A stretch of DNA of 64,000 nt, taken from contig CP170459.1 of NCBI GenBank assembly GCA_047947115.1, forward strand, positions 960,001 to 1,024,000, written 5' to 3'. The notes under the pieces are model-generated. The model saw only the letters and a list, made by a program, of their open reading frames with translations. It was not told where the DNA came from and did not search any database. Numbering within the stretch: position 1 is the stretch's first letter; each line of letters opens with the position of its first letter. Source of the DNA: Verrucomicrobiota bacterium. GTDB taxonomy: Bacteria; Verrucomicrobiota; Verrucomicrobiia; Limisphaerales; AAA164-E04. The position numbers and the translations under genes were made by a program. Of this stretch, positions 29,092-41,500 are shown piece by piece.

Positions 29092-31464
29092 TTGAACCCC
29101 ATCGACCTGTCCAAATTGATGCGAGTCATCCACCAAACATTCATGCTGCTCACCTTCGCTTGGTGTATTGCTCTATTAAGCACCCTTCCCAAAGCGATTG
29201 GAGCCAATCTGGCAAATTCTGAATTGGCTCTGCCCGTAGCAGCAGCATCCACACTGGCGGATTTATCTCATATTGCCAATGATGTCGAGAAACTGGATGC
29301 CGTTTTTGATCTTGCCCTGGAATTAACTAAAATGGGCGCTGGTTACGAAGGAGCCCGCCTGATCGCATCCATCGCTGTCACGACCACTGATCCCAGCATT
29401 CGTTTCAATGCGCTCGATTACCTCGAAGAATGGGATCTCAGCATAGAAGAAGTCCTGCACGGAAACGTGCATATCGTTCACCAAAAAGTGATTGCGTCCG
29501 CACAACACCAACTTCTACCAGGAAATGCCTTTGGTCATGTTCGAAACCTCATCAAGTTGAACTTGCTGCAAGAGGCGACGGATCTTCTTGAGAGAGACTG
29601 CATGGCATTAGCCCGGCGTCCTTTCGAAAACAAATGGGGTATGCTCCTGGATGAATTTGAAATTCCAGTTGAATCATTCTACGAAGGAAACAGGGACCAA
29701 CGGCTCGAATTGATCGTGCAAGCTTTTAACCATCAACATTTGAAGGATCAACTTCCACTGATTTGGTTTAAAAACCATGAAGCCTGGAAGAATGCGAATG
29801 ATTTACTTCACTACGATCATTTCAAACGAGAAAAGAATCTGCCTCTGGAAGTTGGACTGAAGGGGAAGGTCCTACGGGTATGCATCATAGCGTGCTCAGT
29901 AGCGTTGCTTCTCTGCATGGTACTATTACTTACCGGAGTCAGACGATCGAAGTGGAAGATGTATGTGTTTGCGACCGCCAGCTTGCTCCTTTTTAGCTCC
30001 GCTTCCATCATATATTATATCAAATACATTTACATCAATCCAAAAATCCGACCTTATGCAAGATGGGTGGACAATCGCAAACGTTGGACAGATGACGACT
30101 TGCCGTCGCTTCCCCCTCAACGCGAACTCATCGAGACTGCTTTTCAGCACGCGAAAGAATTTGCTGATCAAGGTGAATGGCGGGCGACAAAACTGCTTTT
30201 GGATGTTCTCATCTTTTCTCAAAACCCGAATGCCGATCTGACCAGAGAGAAATCATTGCTGGCCGAGGCAATTGACCGCCTGGCTCTGCGGAAGAATCAC
30301 TTTCTCTCCGACCAACGCCCCGGGAGAGATGAGGCGGATGATTTGTTTGAATCAGACAAAGTCCACCGCTACCAACTGGAATTGGGCAACGAGGCCATCC
30401 AGGCTTTGAGGGATGATCCCAAGATCTATGTTCGCGGCACGTTCAAACATGGTGATAAAACCTATCCGGATGTGGGGGTAAAACTTAAGGGCGGATGGGG
30501 CAGTTTCCGCATCATTCAGGGTGATTCCAAACCGGCGTTCTCCATCAAATTTGACGCATTCTCAAAAGACCAACGCTTCTACGGACTGAAACGCATCATC
30601 TTGAACAATGCTGTTCAGGATCCTTCTTATCTGCACGAGGCTGTTGGATATTCTTTTTTCAGGGATTCAGGAGTCGTGGCACCAAGAGTATGCCATGCAA
30701 CACTTCGAGTGAATGATGAGACTTACGGGCTGTACGTCCAGGTTGAAGCCGCGACCAAAGATTATTTGAAACGATGGTTTGAGGATCCAAGCGGAGACCT
30801 GTTCGAAGGTCCGGGGGGCGTCATTGACTTGGAGGATCTGGACTTGGACAGCAATCAGGAATCAGGAGACCGCACTCGAATTCGGATGCTTTACGAGGCT
30901 ATCATGGAAGCTGATCCCATTGACCCATGGTCCACTCTGAAGAATTGGATTGATCTGAAAGCTTTTGCCCGGTTCATGGCCAACGAACAATTCATCAACA
31001 ACTGGGACGGCTACCCCGAAGCCAACAATTATCGACTCTACGATGATCCCACTACCGGTAAGTTTTACTTTTTCCCTCACGGCGCGGACCAGAGCATGGA
31101 GGACTCCCGACACGACATGTTTGGTACAAATTTGGAGGAAGTGGTTGGACGAGCTCTGGTCATGACCCAAACCGGTCGCCAAGCTTACCGGGAGGCTATC
31201 CAAGGTTTCCTGGATCATGCCTGGGATTCCGAGAAAAGATTGGAGAGGATTCGCTCTTGGTATGTCAGAATTTATCCCCACATAACCTCAGGGCTGGCTC
31301 CTTTTGATGAGAATCTATTCGAGCAAAACGTCACCCAGATCATTAAATTCGTTAAAATGCGACCATTCGTCGTCAGACATCAACTGAATGTGGACGCATT
31401 AAGCGCGGATTGGAAGCACTACGATGAAGTGCTTCCCTTTTTCGAGCCGTATTCCGAGCAATAA
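29092..31464 (+). CDS. Membrane-anchored CotH-family protein kinase
   Basis: VGVKLKGGWGSFR...KPAFSIKFD...LNNAVQDPSYLHE...YGLYVQVE...NWDGY...NNYRLY; signal-like segment and two TM helices upstream; start uncertain. Confidence 0.85.
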   Translation: MNPIDLSKLMRVIHQTFMLLTFAWCIALLSTLPKAIGANLANSELALPVAAASTLADLSHIANDVEKLDAVFDLALELTKMGAGYEGARLIASIAVTTTDPSIRFNALDYLEEWDLSIEEVLHGNVHIVHQKVIASAQHQLLPGNAFGHVRNLIKLNLLQEATDLLERDCMALARRPFENKWGMLLDEFEIPVESFYEGNRDQRLELIVQAFNHQHLKDQLPLIWFKNHEAWKNANDLLHYDHFKREKNLPLEVGLKGKVLRVCIIACSVALLLCMVLLLTGVRRSKWKMYVFATASLLLFSSASIIYYIKYIYINPKIRPYARWVDNRKRWTDDDLPSLPPQRELIETAFQHAKEFADQGEWRATKLLLDVLIFSQNPNADLTREKSLLAEAIDRLALRKNHFLSDQRPGRDEADDLFESDKVHRYQLELGNEAIQALRDDPKIYVRGTFKHGDKTYPDVGVKLKGGWGSFRIIQGDSKPAFSIKFDAFSKDQRFYGLKRIILNNAVQDPSYLHEAVGYSFFRDSGVVAPRVCHATLRVNDETYGLYVQVEAATKDYLKRWFEDPSGDLFEGPGGVIDLEDLDLDSNQESGDRTRIRMLYEAIMEADPIDPWSTLKNWIDLKAFARFMANEQFINNWDGYPEANNYRLYDDPTTGKFYFFPHGADQSMEDSRHDMFGTNLEEVVGRALVMTQTGRQAYREAIQGFLDHAWDSEKRLERIRSWYVRIYPHITSGLAPFDENLFEQNVTQIIKFVKMRPFVVRHQLNVDALSADWKHYDEVLPFFEPYSEQ

Positions 31465-31490
31465 AAAAGGGGTTCCGAAGAACCCCTTTT
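31465..31490. terminator. Bidirectional intrinsic terminator
   Basis: AAAAGGGGTTC-CGAA-GAACCCCTTTT between convergent genes. Confidence 0.85.
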
Positions 31491-31514
31491 GAAAACGAAT
31501 GAGTCAAATTAAAA

Positions 31515-34500
31515 TCAAGGCTGCCTTAAACGGTAGAACCGCTGACTGGCCACACTGACATCTTCCGTATAGGGAGAACCGGGCGCCGGGGTAATCGCGG
31601 TCCAGGGACCGCTCACGGAAGCGGCCCATTCCAGCACACCGTTCCCTGTCCAGGTAATGGTCAGTTGACCATCCGCAATGGAAACCGGAGAGAACACCGG
31701 AGGCGTCATATCTTCTTCCTCGATTTCGCCAATGTGGACGTAGTCGATCCCCATCCAGTTACCACCGCCATCAGCGTTGTAATTGATCCCGTGTAGATTG
31801 ACGATATTGTCAGGTCCGAGCCCGAGTTCGGCTTTCACGCTGGATAAAGTGAAGGGTTCGGTAGTGATCTTTTGTCCCAACTTATCTTCGGTGATGATAA
31901 TTTCGGCCTGCACCAACACATCATTGAAGTAGATCTCAATGCCGTAGCGAGGTTCTTCCACATCATCGCCCGTATGCAAATTGAATGCGTCGAACGAAAT
32001 GGTGATTTCATCCGACAGGTTCAAAGACTCAGGCAGATTGAAGTGATAACGCAAATCATTATCATCTCCGGCAAAGGCACGTTCGGCAGCCTCTTCGTTT
32101 CGTGGGACAATGCCGACAGGATCGTAGAAGTTATTGCCGTTGGTCCCTTTGTTGTAGACACCCGCAAAGTAGTAATCGTCATCAGCCTGCTGATTGACTT
32201 CCGGACTTGAAGGATTACCCGGCAAATCGTTGATGCCGGCTTCCTGAACAAATGTCGCATTGGCACCCCCGCCGTCTCCCGCAGGCCAGCCATCGTCATT
32301 CGATCCGATCGCCAATGGGAAGACCGGCGCCGGGATTGGATCGATGTTCACAAAATCGATGCCCATCCATCCGCCACCACCTTCGCCGCTGTAGTTGTAT
32401 CCCTGGAGAGTGACGATGTTGTCATACCCAGGCCCCACTTCAGCATGCACGCTTTCCAGAGTGAAGGGCTCGGTGGTGTAGTTTCTGTCCAAATCCTCCG
32501 GGTAGATGATGAGTTCATCCTGAATCAGTTCATTGTTGAAGTAGATCTCAATGCCATAATGAGGATCAGCAGCACTGCCATCCAGACTATAGGCATCAAA
32601 CGTCACCATCAACTGATCGGTCGGGCTTAATGTGTCAGGCAGATTGAAATGGTAACGCAAGGTGTTATCGCTGCCCGCAAAAGCGCGTTCGGCTGCCTCT
32701 TCGTTCACAAAGACCGATCCAACCGGATCGTAGATATCGTTGTTTTCGATAATTTTGGTATATTCACCGGCAAAGTAGTAATCGTCATCAGCCAGTTGAT
32801 TGGCTTCGGGACTGAAGGGGTTACCAGGCAGTTCATTGGTGCCCGCTTCCTGGACGAAACTTGCTCTGGCGCCTCCACCGTTGCCTTCAGGCGCACTGTT
32901 GTCATCCATACCGACTGACAAAGGAAATTCAGCCGGTTTGACTTGGGCCAGTTGGACGTAATCGATTCCCATCCAGTTTCCACCACCATCTTCGTTGTAA
33001 TTCACACCACGCAAACTGATGATGTTGTCGAATCCGTGTCCCATCTTTCCTTTGACGTCAGCCACGGTGAACGGAGCTGTTGCATAGGTTTGATTCAATT
33101 CATCCGGCCCGATCAGAATCTCGGACTGCACTTGCACGTTATTGAAGAATACCTCGACACCATAACGCGGATCCGGCGCATCACCCTGAAGGCTGAGTGC
33201 GTCGAATAAAATAGTGAGTTGATCGCTATCCTTAAGGTCAGCAGGCAAGTTGAAGTGGTAACGTAAATCATTGTCGGCACCTGCAAAGGCGCGTTCGGCT
33301 GCTTCTTCATTTTCGCGGACATCACCGACTGGTTCGTAATCGCCGTTTCCTTCAATCACGGTATTGTAAACACCGGCAAAGTAGTAATCGTTGTCCGCCT
33401 CGCGATCGATTTCGGGACTGTTGGGACTTCCGGGGAGTTCGTTGATCGAGCCGTTTTCCTGAACAAATGAGGCATTGGAACCACCACCGTTGCCGGCTGG
33501 TTGGGCATTATCATTCTTCCCAACACTCCAGGGCAACGCAGGATCGGGAATTGGATCCAACACTGGGTTGAGCTGGACGTAATCGATGCCCATCCAGCCA
33601 CCACCACCTTCTTCATTATAATTGATCCCCTTCAGAGTGATAATATTGTCGAAACCTGGTCCCACCGCAGCATTCACACTACCCAAGGTAAAAGGAGGTG
33701 TGGTGATAGGCGTGTTAAGTTGCGCTTCTCGGATGACAATTTCTTCCTGAACCAGAACACCATTCATGTAAACTTCCACCCCGTAGCGCGGATCTGCGCC
33801 GTTGCCATCAAGGTTATAGGCATCAAATGTGACCGCTAAACGGTCAGTGGGCAGTAAGTTGTTAGGGAGGTTAAAGTGGTAGCGCAAATCATTGTCCGAA
33901 CCGGCAAATGCGCGTTCGGCTGCTTCTTCATTGACGGAAACAATGCCAACCGGTGAGTAATCCCCATTGCCTGCAATGATTTCGTTGTAAGCGCCCGCAA
34001 AGTAGTAATCGTCATCTGCTGTTGGGCGACTTCAGGGCTGTTGGGATCACCGGGAAGCTCGTTGACACCGGCTTCCTGCACAAAAGTGGCATTGGCGCCA
34101 CCGCCGTCACCTTCAGGCCAGTCGTCGTCATCCATACCCACTGCCCACGGGAAAACGGCAGGAGGAATCGCTTCGGTTTCGACATTCAGTTGGATGTAGT
34201 CAACACCCATCCAGTTACCGCCACCGTCGGAATTGTAGCTCGTGCCGCGAAGACTGACGATGTTGTCATATCCCGGACCAACCTCCGCATTGACACTCTC
34301 CAAGGTGAACTGAGGAGTCGTGTAATCGACATCCAGCTGGTCAGTGCGAATGAGAATCTCATCCTGCACTTTGATGCCATTGAAATAAACTTCCACACCA
34401 AACCGCGGATCAGGTGCGTCTCCCTGCAGGTTCAATGCATCAAAGGTCACGGACAACAAACTGTCGGGATCCAGATCCGAAGGAAGATTAAAGTGATAAC

Positions 34501-34855
34501 GAAGCTCGAGATCTGCACCTGCAAAGGCTCGCTCGGCAGCTTCTTCATCCCAGTCGACAAAACCAACGGGAATATAGTCTCCGTTCCCTGGAATGATTTC
34601 ATCGTATTCACCCTCGAAGTAATAATCGTTATCGGCCCCCTGAGGTTCGGAAAAACTGATGGGATCACCGGGCAGGGCATTCACGGCGCCGTTTTCCTGA
34701 ACAAAACTGGCTTCATCCGCTCCGTTAATCCCCGCTGGCCAGCCGTTGTCATCCAAACCAACGGTCCACAAAACTTCTGCCTGCGAATTCGCAACCTGAC
34801 CAAAAGCCAAGGCGGCAAGCAATAAAGATAGCTTAATCTTCCTTTGGGAGTGCAT
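31515..34855 (-). CDS. Large secreted acidic protein with five ~205-aa tandem domains, split by a 1-nt frameshift near 34020
   Basis: Signal peptide MHSQRKIKLSLLLAALAFG; repeats ending GGGNWMGIDY; ORFs 33836-34903 and 31515-33887 join if one G is restored in CAA CAG (G)CA GAT; C-terminal TWTGNGVLE...FYRLRQP. Confidence 0.85.
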
Positions 34856-34955
34856 CGTAAAATTTGATCCGCTCGTCAATGATCTGTCAATGCCAAAACC
34901 CAACCCATTAGGTAAAATCCAGCTATAAACTCGACATGCCTTTTGTTGCGATGCT

Positions 34956-37900
34956 ATGAGGATTCCCGTGAGTTCATCCTGCCAATCCCAAGCTCCGGCC
35001 AGCGGAGAACGAAATCCGTTGTTCCCCTACCTTGTCCTGTCAACCTGGGGCTGCGGCCTGGTTTTGTTGGGAATTGAAATAGTTTGGTTGAGATTCCTGC
35101 TGCTCGTTCTGATTTCAACCACGCTTTCAGTGAGCAACGGCCGATCCTGGGCTTTGCGTTTCGTCACCCTGCTGGCGCTGGCCCTTCCTATCGCCAAACA
35201 CATCATACAATCTCCTCCTGAGGAAAGCACGAAATCTCCGGCCAATCCCGCTCTCACCCGAGAAGAACCTTCACCGGAAGTGATTGCGACGGACACACAA
35301 GTCGTCCGCCAACTGGTTGATTCCGAGGAAACAATCCTTCTCCTGAACCAGAAGCTCACCCCTCTCTCCAATCATGTGCCGGAGCTGCGTCTCCCAGGAC
35401 CCGATGCAAAGGCCTCTTCCCTTTTTGCCCCCACCCTTCATCTAACCGATGTCATTGATCTGCAAAAAGCACCACCTCAACAACAAGGTCAATCCATTGA
35501 ATCATTCCCGTGGCCATTGGGTTCTGCGTCTGTCCAGAATCAGGAGAAGTCCATTTGGCAGCCATTGTTCGACCGGGTGTCCTTTTTTGAACACGCCGAT
35601 CTGGTTATTCTTGAAGGAAACCATCCGGACGGTGACCGCTGGCGTTTTGAATCCAAAGCAAGCTTCACCGCCCTTGCCCGCATGAAGTCCGAGGACTGGC
35701 GATCCTTCGATGGAAAAATCGATCTGATATGGGAACGACCCAAAACTTCCGAAGGCGGGGCCGGTGAATGGCAGATCACCCAGTGGCATACAAAGGAAAT
35801 GCATTGGCGATCAGCTTCAAAACCATTCTTTACCGAATCCCTTGCTTCGGCACTTGGCGATCCGCAGACAAGCTCGAAATTGAGACGATCCCAACACTTC
35901 GCCGCCACGGTTAAACATTACACCGATGGCATGCAGAATCTCCCACACCCATACTTCGCCCCCATCTCGGTGAACCAAAAAGAAGGACTCGCTATCGTGG
36001 ACATTAATAAGGATGGTTGGGACGATATCTATATAACGGTTCGCATTGGGAAAAACATGCTGTTGGTAAACCAAGGTGACGGCACGTTCGCAGAACAATC
36101 AGAGGCTTATCAACTCGATTTGCCGGGTCATACCACCTGTGCCTTGTTTGCCGATTTCGACAACGACGGAGATCAGGATGTGATGCTAGGGCGCAGTCTG
36201 CTTAAGAGCAGTTACCTTGAAAACCGAGACGGGGTTTTCCACCAGGTGCCGATTCCAACATTCATGCCCATGGCGGTCATCTCGATGTCGGCCGCAGATT
36301 ATAACAGTGATGGATTGCTGGACGTCTATCTGTGCACCTACCGACCTGCGGCCCCATCTTCCGCAAGCCCGGCAGGAGGAGTGGCGCAAGGCGAGGATGA
36401 CAATTTTGACTGGCCGGATGAGTTTTTCGATCCCGAACTGGCAAGAGAATACCGCCAGCGCGTGTCGGAACATCAGCAACGCAAAGGGGGCACGGTGTTG
36501 GATCAATTGGGTCCCCCCAACGTGCTGCTCATCAACCAGGGCAACGGGCAATTCGAACCCGCTCCCGAAAACGAAACCATCGGTGTCTGGCGCAATTCAC
36601 TCCAAGCCACCTGGGGTGATTACAATCTAGACGGACGCCCCGACCTCTACATCGCCAACGATTGGGGTTTGGACTCTCTCTTTCGAAACGATGGACCTGA
36701 CGGATTCACGGATGTCTCCCAACAAGTCGGCATCACCTCCTATGGCTACGCGATGGGTGCAACCTGGGGCGACTACGACAATGATGGTTGGGAAGATCTT
36801 TACGTCTCGAACATGTACAGCGAGGCGGGACGACGCATGACCCGAAGCATCCCGGGACTGGACCCCATGTTTGTGGAATCAGCCGCCGGCAACTGGCTGT
36901 ACCACCGCACCGGCGCGGAAGCTTTCCAACAAGTAGCAGGCATGAATGCCCCCGCCATGACCGTGCTGAAAGCCGGATGGTCCTGGGGGGGATGCTTCGT
37001 TGATTTCGATAACGACACGTTTCTGGACCTTTACGTATTGAGTGGTTATTTCACCGCGCCAAAACAACTGGATTCGGGCATCGAAATGGAGAGTAATCTC
37101 TGGCGAACCATGGTTCGGACCGATCCAACACTGGCACGATCCAGTTTCAGACTGTCACCAGAGTGGAAACGCACTTCCGCACCGGACAACCAGGGGCCCA
37201 TGATCGATGCGCGTCTGGCAGGTGTTGAGCGAGAAGGCAACCGAGTAGAAGTCCACTCCCTGAATGGCAGTGAACGCAACCACTATTTCGCGAACCGCAA
37301 CGGTCAATCGTTCAGTGATGTTTCGGCGTTATCTGGACTGGACAACATAGCGGACAGTCGAGGATTCGCGGTTCTGGATTTTGATCGGGACGGATGGCAG
37401 GACCTCGCCCTGGTAAACGCCAATGAACCCATGTTCAACCTTTACCATAACGACATGGCAGCTTCGGGATATCAAGGAGGTGTCATAGCGATCAAGTTTG
37501 TCGGTGGAAACAAAACTGGCGAACCAAACACAACCTTTACCTGCCGGGACGGTTATGGCGCCCGGGTGACCGTCGATCTGGCGGGCAGCAAACTCATTCG
37601 TGAGCATCGTTGCGGTGATGGTTGGTCCACTCAGAATACCTCCACCATGCTGATAGGGGTCGGAAATCATGAGATCATTCCAATGTTGACCGTGAAATGG
37701 CCATCCGGAAAAACGGCCGTCACAAAGGATATTCCGGAGGGAACTTTGCTGACGGTCTACGAAAACCCGGCTGAGGCTTCCCAAAAAGATTCATTTGAAC
37801 ATTCAACCTATCGAATCGCCATCCCTCGTCAAGTAACGCCACCGAAACAACGTTCGCTGTTCCCGGTTGCCACCGCCGATTCCCAGGCCAGACCAGGATT

Positions 37901-38267
37901 CAAGCTCAGGGTATATACCACGTTCTCGACGGCAAACATCCCCTACGTGAACGATCTGGCGCGGCTCCAACATTTGCAGGATACTCTCCTTCCCGATGGC
38001 GTGGAGTTCGTCGCGGTGACCGTGGACCCACGCGACACCGAAGAAATGCTGGGGAATTACGCCTCAACCCATCAACCTGCCACCCGCCTCGTCATCGTTC
38101 CGCCGGATCAACGGTCAACGGTGTTGGGATTGTTTGCCAAGGTGTTTGGCGGGCGTCCACCCATGCCCTCCTCGGTGGTAACCGACGGAGAAGGCCGCAT
38201 CCTTGGCATCCAGACCGGCCTGCCGGGGATCTCGACTTTGCGAAAGTTGTTGGTCGAAGCGAATTGA
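34956..38267 (+). CDS. FG-GAP/VCBS repeat, ASPIC-UnbV (CRTAC1-like) protein with thioredoxin-like C-terminus
   Basis: Multiple D(Y/F)DNDG..D(L/V) repeats, GWSWG, DGYGARVTV...GWSTQN...IGVG...VKWPSG. Confidence 0.85.
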   Translation: MRIPVSSSCQSQAPASGERNPLFPYLVLSTWGCGLVLLGIEIVWLRFLLLVLISTTLSVSNGRSWALRFVTLLALALPIAKHIIQSPPEESTKSPANPALTREEPSPEVIATDTQVVRQLVDSEETILLLNQKLTPLSNHVPELRLPGPDAKASSLFAPTLHLTDVIDLQKAPPQQQGQSIESFPWPLGSASVQNQEKSIWQPLFDRVSFFEHADLVILEGNHPDGDRWRFESKASFTALARMKSEDWRSFDGKIDLIWERPKTSEGGAGEWQITQWHTKEMHWRSASKPFFTESLASALGDPQTSSKLRRSQHFAATVKHYTDGMQNLPHPYFAPISVNQKEGLAIVDINKDGWDDIYITVRIGKNMLLVNQGDGTFAEQSEAYQLDLPGHTTCALFADFDNDGDQDVMLGRSLLKSSYLENRDGVFHQVPIPTFMPMAVISMSAADYNSDGLLDVYLCTYRPAAPSSASPAGGVAQGEDDNFDWPDEFFDPELAREYRQRVSEHQQRKGGTVLDQLGPPNVLLINQGNGQFEPAPENETIGVWRNSLQATWGDYNLDGRPDLYIANDWGLDSLFRNDGPDGFTDVSQQVGITSYGYAMGATWGDYDNDGWEDLYVSNMYSEAGRRMTRSIPGLDPMFVESAAGNWLYHRTGAEAFQQVAGMNAPAMTVLKAGWSWGGCFVDFDNDTFLDLYVLSGYFTAPKQLDSGIEMESNLWRTMVRTDPTLARSSFRLSPEWKRTSAPDNQGPMIDARLAGVEREGNRVEVHSLNGSERNHYFANRNGQSFSDVSALSGLDNIADSRGFAVLDFDRDGWQDLALVNANEPMFNLYHNDMAASGYQGGVIAIKFVGGNKTGEPNTTFTCRDGYGARVTVDLAGSKLIREHRCGDGWSTQNTSTMLIGVGNHEIIPMLTVKWPSGKTAVTKDIPEGTLLTVYENPAEASQKDSFEHSTYRIAIPRQVTPPKQRSLFPVATADSQARPGFKLRVYTTFSTANIPYVNDLARLQHLQDTLLPDGVEFVAVTVDPRDTEEMLGNYASTHQPATRLVIVPPDQRSTVLGLFAKVFGGRPPMPSSVVTDGEGRILGIQTGLPGISTLRKLLVEAN

Positions 38268-38501
38268 GGTTCCATCACCTGATGATCCCCAGAAGGTAAT
38301 CGTGCCGTCCCGGCGCGCACCTTGTGGTTTTCAAATGCAGAAAAAAGTTCGTTTGGGAAGCCAGTAAACATTCAATCCCCTGTCTTCCATGCGCGTCCGA
38401 CATCGCAGGATATCGGATGGTTTCGGGCTTCCCAAATGCAAGATTTGGTTGAAGATGGATACCACAAGGCACGCGCTGGGACGGCACGATCTACCTTGAG
38501 G

Positions 38502-41500
38502 CTATGGTTGAGTGATGCGCAATTGCATGAACAAACGCGGCTGATCCCGAAGCGGTGATTTGACGTTCCAAATCTGTAGAGCTCTTCCGTCTTCCAGTGC
38601 TTGGGTGGATTCGCGTTCCAGTTGGACACCCCGGCTCTCCCAGAGTTGCAGGTCCGTCGAAAAGATGGGTTCCACCCTCAATCCCACGTTTGCCGGATCG
38701 AACGGAATGATCAGCAACAAACGATGCTCCGCACCGTTCGTCCCAGGTTCCCAGCGAAAGGTTGGTCGCAATTCAGATCGAGCCGAACCGTTCCCCAAAG
38801 CAAAATCGACCAGATCGTGCTCACCATTACCATCGACATCCGCAAGAGGATCTCCACGAAAGCCCATGTCACCGGACGTTCCCGGATGCCCACCGATGGA
38901 AGAACTCAAACGCCAGTTAGCGGCATCCGAAAGATCAGGATGCGAAGAGGGATCCATCAACACGAGACTGTATCCTTGCCCGTCTGCCTGCGCCGGCCAG
39001 GGGTCTTTATCATTGTAAACAAAATTCAAAATGGTTCCGTTCTGCGCATCTTCCAACTTGATCCGATCCCCACCGTTCCCAAGCGCGGTTCCGTTTTCAA
39101 AGACACCGGCAACCGGAAGTTGACTTCCATAGACAGTTTGAAAAGCCGATGCATCCCTGACAACCAGCACACTTTCACCGGGAGCCAATGCGGTCACCGC
39201 ACTCGTGGTGAAATCGAATTCAATTCCCTGGGTAAATCGAATACCCGTCAAATCGATGCTGATTGAAGGACTCGTGTTTAATAATTCAACAAATTCGGCC
39301 AAGCCTTCCTCTGCGGGATGATACATGATTTCACTGACCACCAGGAAACTCTGCGCATCAGAAGCCTCACTTTCGTAACTTGTCTTGTTGTTGAAAGTGC
39401 CTTTGGCATCCACCAGGGTGACAGTTTCCCCAAAGTTGGACAAATGTCCCCGATACCCGCCTTGAACGAACAAACCTTCTCCACCCTTGGGAGAGGCGCT
39501 TCGAGCCCGAAACGTTGCCGAGTCCGGACAAAGATACAAAGCTCGGCCAGGGGCAATCACCGTCCCAGGCGCAAAAGTATGTTGAACGGCTCCCTGCAAT
39601 TCCCAATCCGAAATATCAACCGCGATGTTATTTCGATTGATCAGTTGGATATATTCCTCGTCCTGATTGCCCGACGATGGATTGGGTTCAATGGCGCCAA
39701 ATTGAATCGTCGGTTCGGCAAACGTTGGAACGCGCGTGACAGATGCATGAAGTTCTGGAAGCATAAGAAAATCCCGATCGTTCGATGCCTCGTTCATCCC
39801 ATGAATTGCCAGAATATTGAGTCCTTCCCTGAGTAAAGATTTTTTATCGGTCACATCAAACACACTAAAACGCCGTGGATGGGCTGAATGGGACAATCGA
39901 GAAACCGAGTTCCAACTGACAGACTCCTCGACGTTGGATGACACGAGCAGTTCACCATTGAGATAGGCAACAAATCCGTCATCGTATTTGATCCTCAACT
40001 CAAGTTGATTGATCCTTCCCAATGCATCCACCTCAAAAGGAATGCGGATGTACACGCTGGTGTGATTTCGCATTTCATTCTGGATGTCCAATTTGATCAG
40101 TGAATCGTAGGCGGTTCCGGTATCATAACCGATCCCGGTCGAACCACTCTTCCATCGACTTGTGTCAAAAGGTTCTAAAGCGGGATCACCCGTCCAACTG
40201 ACACCCAAAGCATCGCTGGATGGAACAAGAACGCTGGCCCTGGCTCCGTCTTCGACCAACGGAACAAATTGGGTGGTGGAATCGTCACCCGTTTGTGGCG
40301 CGGGAATCTCGCCGCCATTCCCGACCGTTTGGCGATTGTAGATGTAATCGCGTCGCGCAGGCAGGTATTCATTTCTGAATCGTTCGATGGCTTCCTCCAT
40401 GGATTCAACGTCGGAATGCGTATGTGTGAAAGGAACATTGGCACCTCGTTGAAGCCAGGACCCCCATTTCTCAAAATCCAACCTGGCATCGGATGGCACA
40501 ATGGAGGGCGGATCGATCAGGGCCATCTGCTCGTTGAGACGTCGCTCGTAATATAGCTCAATGTCAGGTGTTCCCGGCGCGGGAGGTGCGTGAAGAAACC
40601 GATCCGACAGCGCCCGGATGCGACGCATGATCATGGAACGCATGTCCGCATTGGCAAACATGTGAGAGACCAATCGAACAGCCGTCCCGGTCCTTACAAA
40701 ACCATCCGTGTATAGCTGGTTATCAAAGTAAGTGTTGGCGCTATTCCACACCCTTCCATGCGACAAATCAAGGTCCCAGGGAAGGATCGCCCATTCATCG
40801 CAACGTCCGGTGTCGCGGTAGATGTACCAGTTTTTGCGATGCATATCGATGTTTCGAATCACCGAATTGGCGGCGAGAAAATTCACACAGGCAGGAATGT
40901 CGATGTTGTCGTAAAGGTAATCAGACAAGGCAGCCCCCCTCAACGCCATTCCATCAATCAAATCCTGCAGGTCGTCGTTGTTTTCAAATTTTCGGGTTTT
41001 CTTTTCCACTCCCTTGCGTGCGTTATCCCCGCCGCTTCGGTTGAGCGTGTTGTCATACATTTTGTAGAGCGCCCCTTCAGGGTTCAAACCCGCCCGCTCC
41101 AAATAGATCTCATCCGCATCTTCGACAAAATCCGCCGTGCTGAAAAACTCGCCATTCTGTTGAACGCGCAGGGTGAAGGCAAAATGAGCTGCAACACCGG
41201 ACTCACGCATGATTTCATACCCCAACACATGCCGCACTTTGGACTTATCAGCCCAATTGGTCAGCAGATCAATGTCCGCCACACGTGGAGCATCCCGACT
41301 CCATCGAAAACGCTGGGTGCTGTTGAAATCAATATTGTAACTCTTTTTGGGAAACCCCGCCGATGACTGTCCATGCAGGTTGAAATGAACATTGTCGTAA
41401 AACTCCCCTTCGTAATAAACCGATCCACGCGAACCGGTGGAAGTACCCGCTCCTGACGGACTGCGGGTGAACCAATGAAGAATGGGCAACAGAGTTTTAA

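Noticed and set aside
31515..34855. CRISPR array or DGR-type template/variable repeats
   Set aside because: The repeats are ~610-nt coding domains conserved at protein level; no spacers, cas genes or reverse transcriptase in the window
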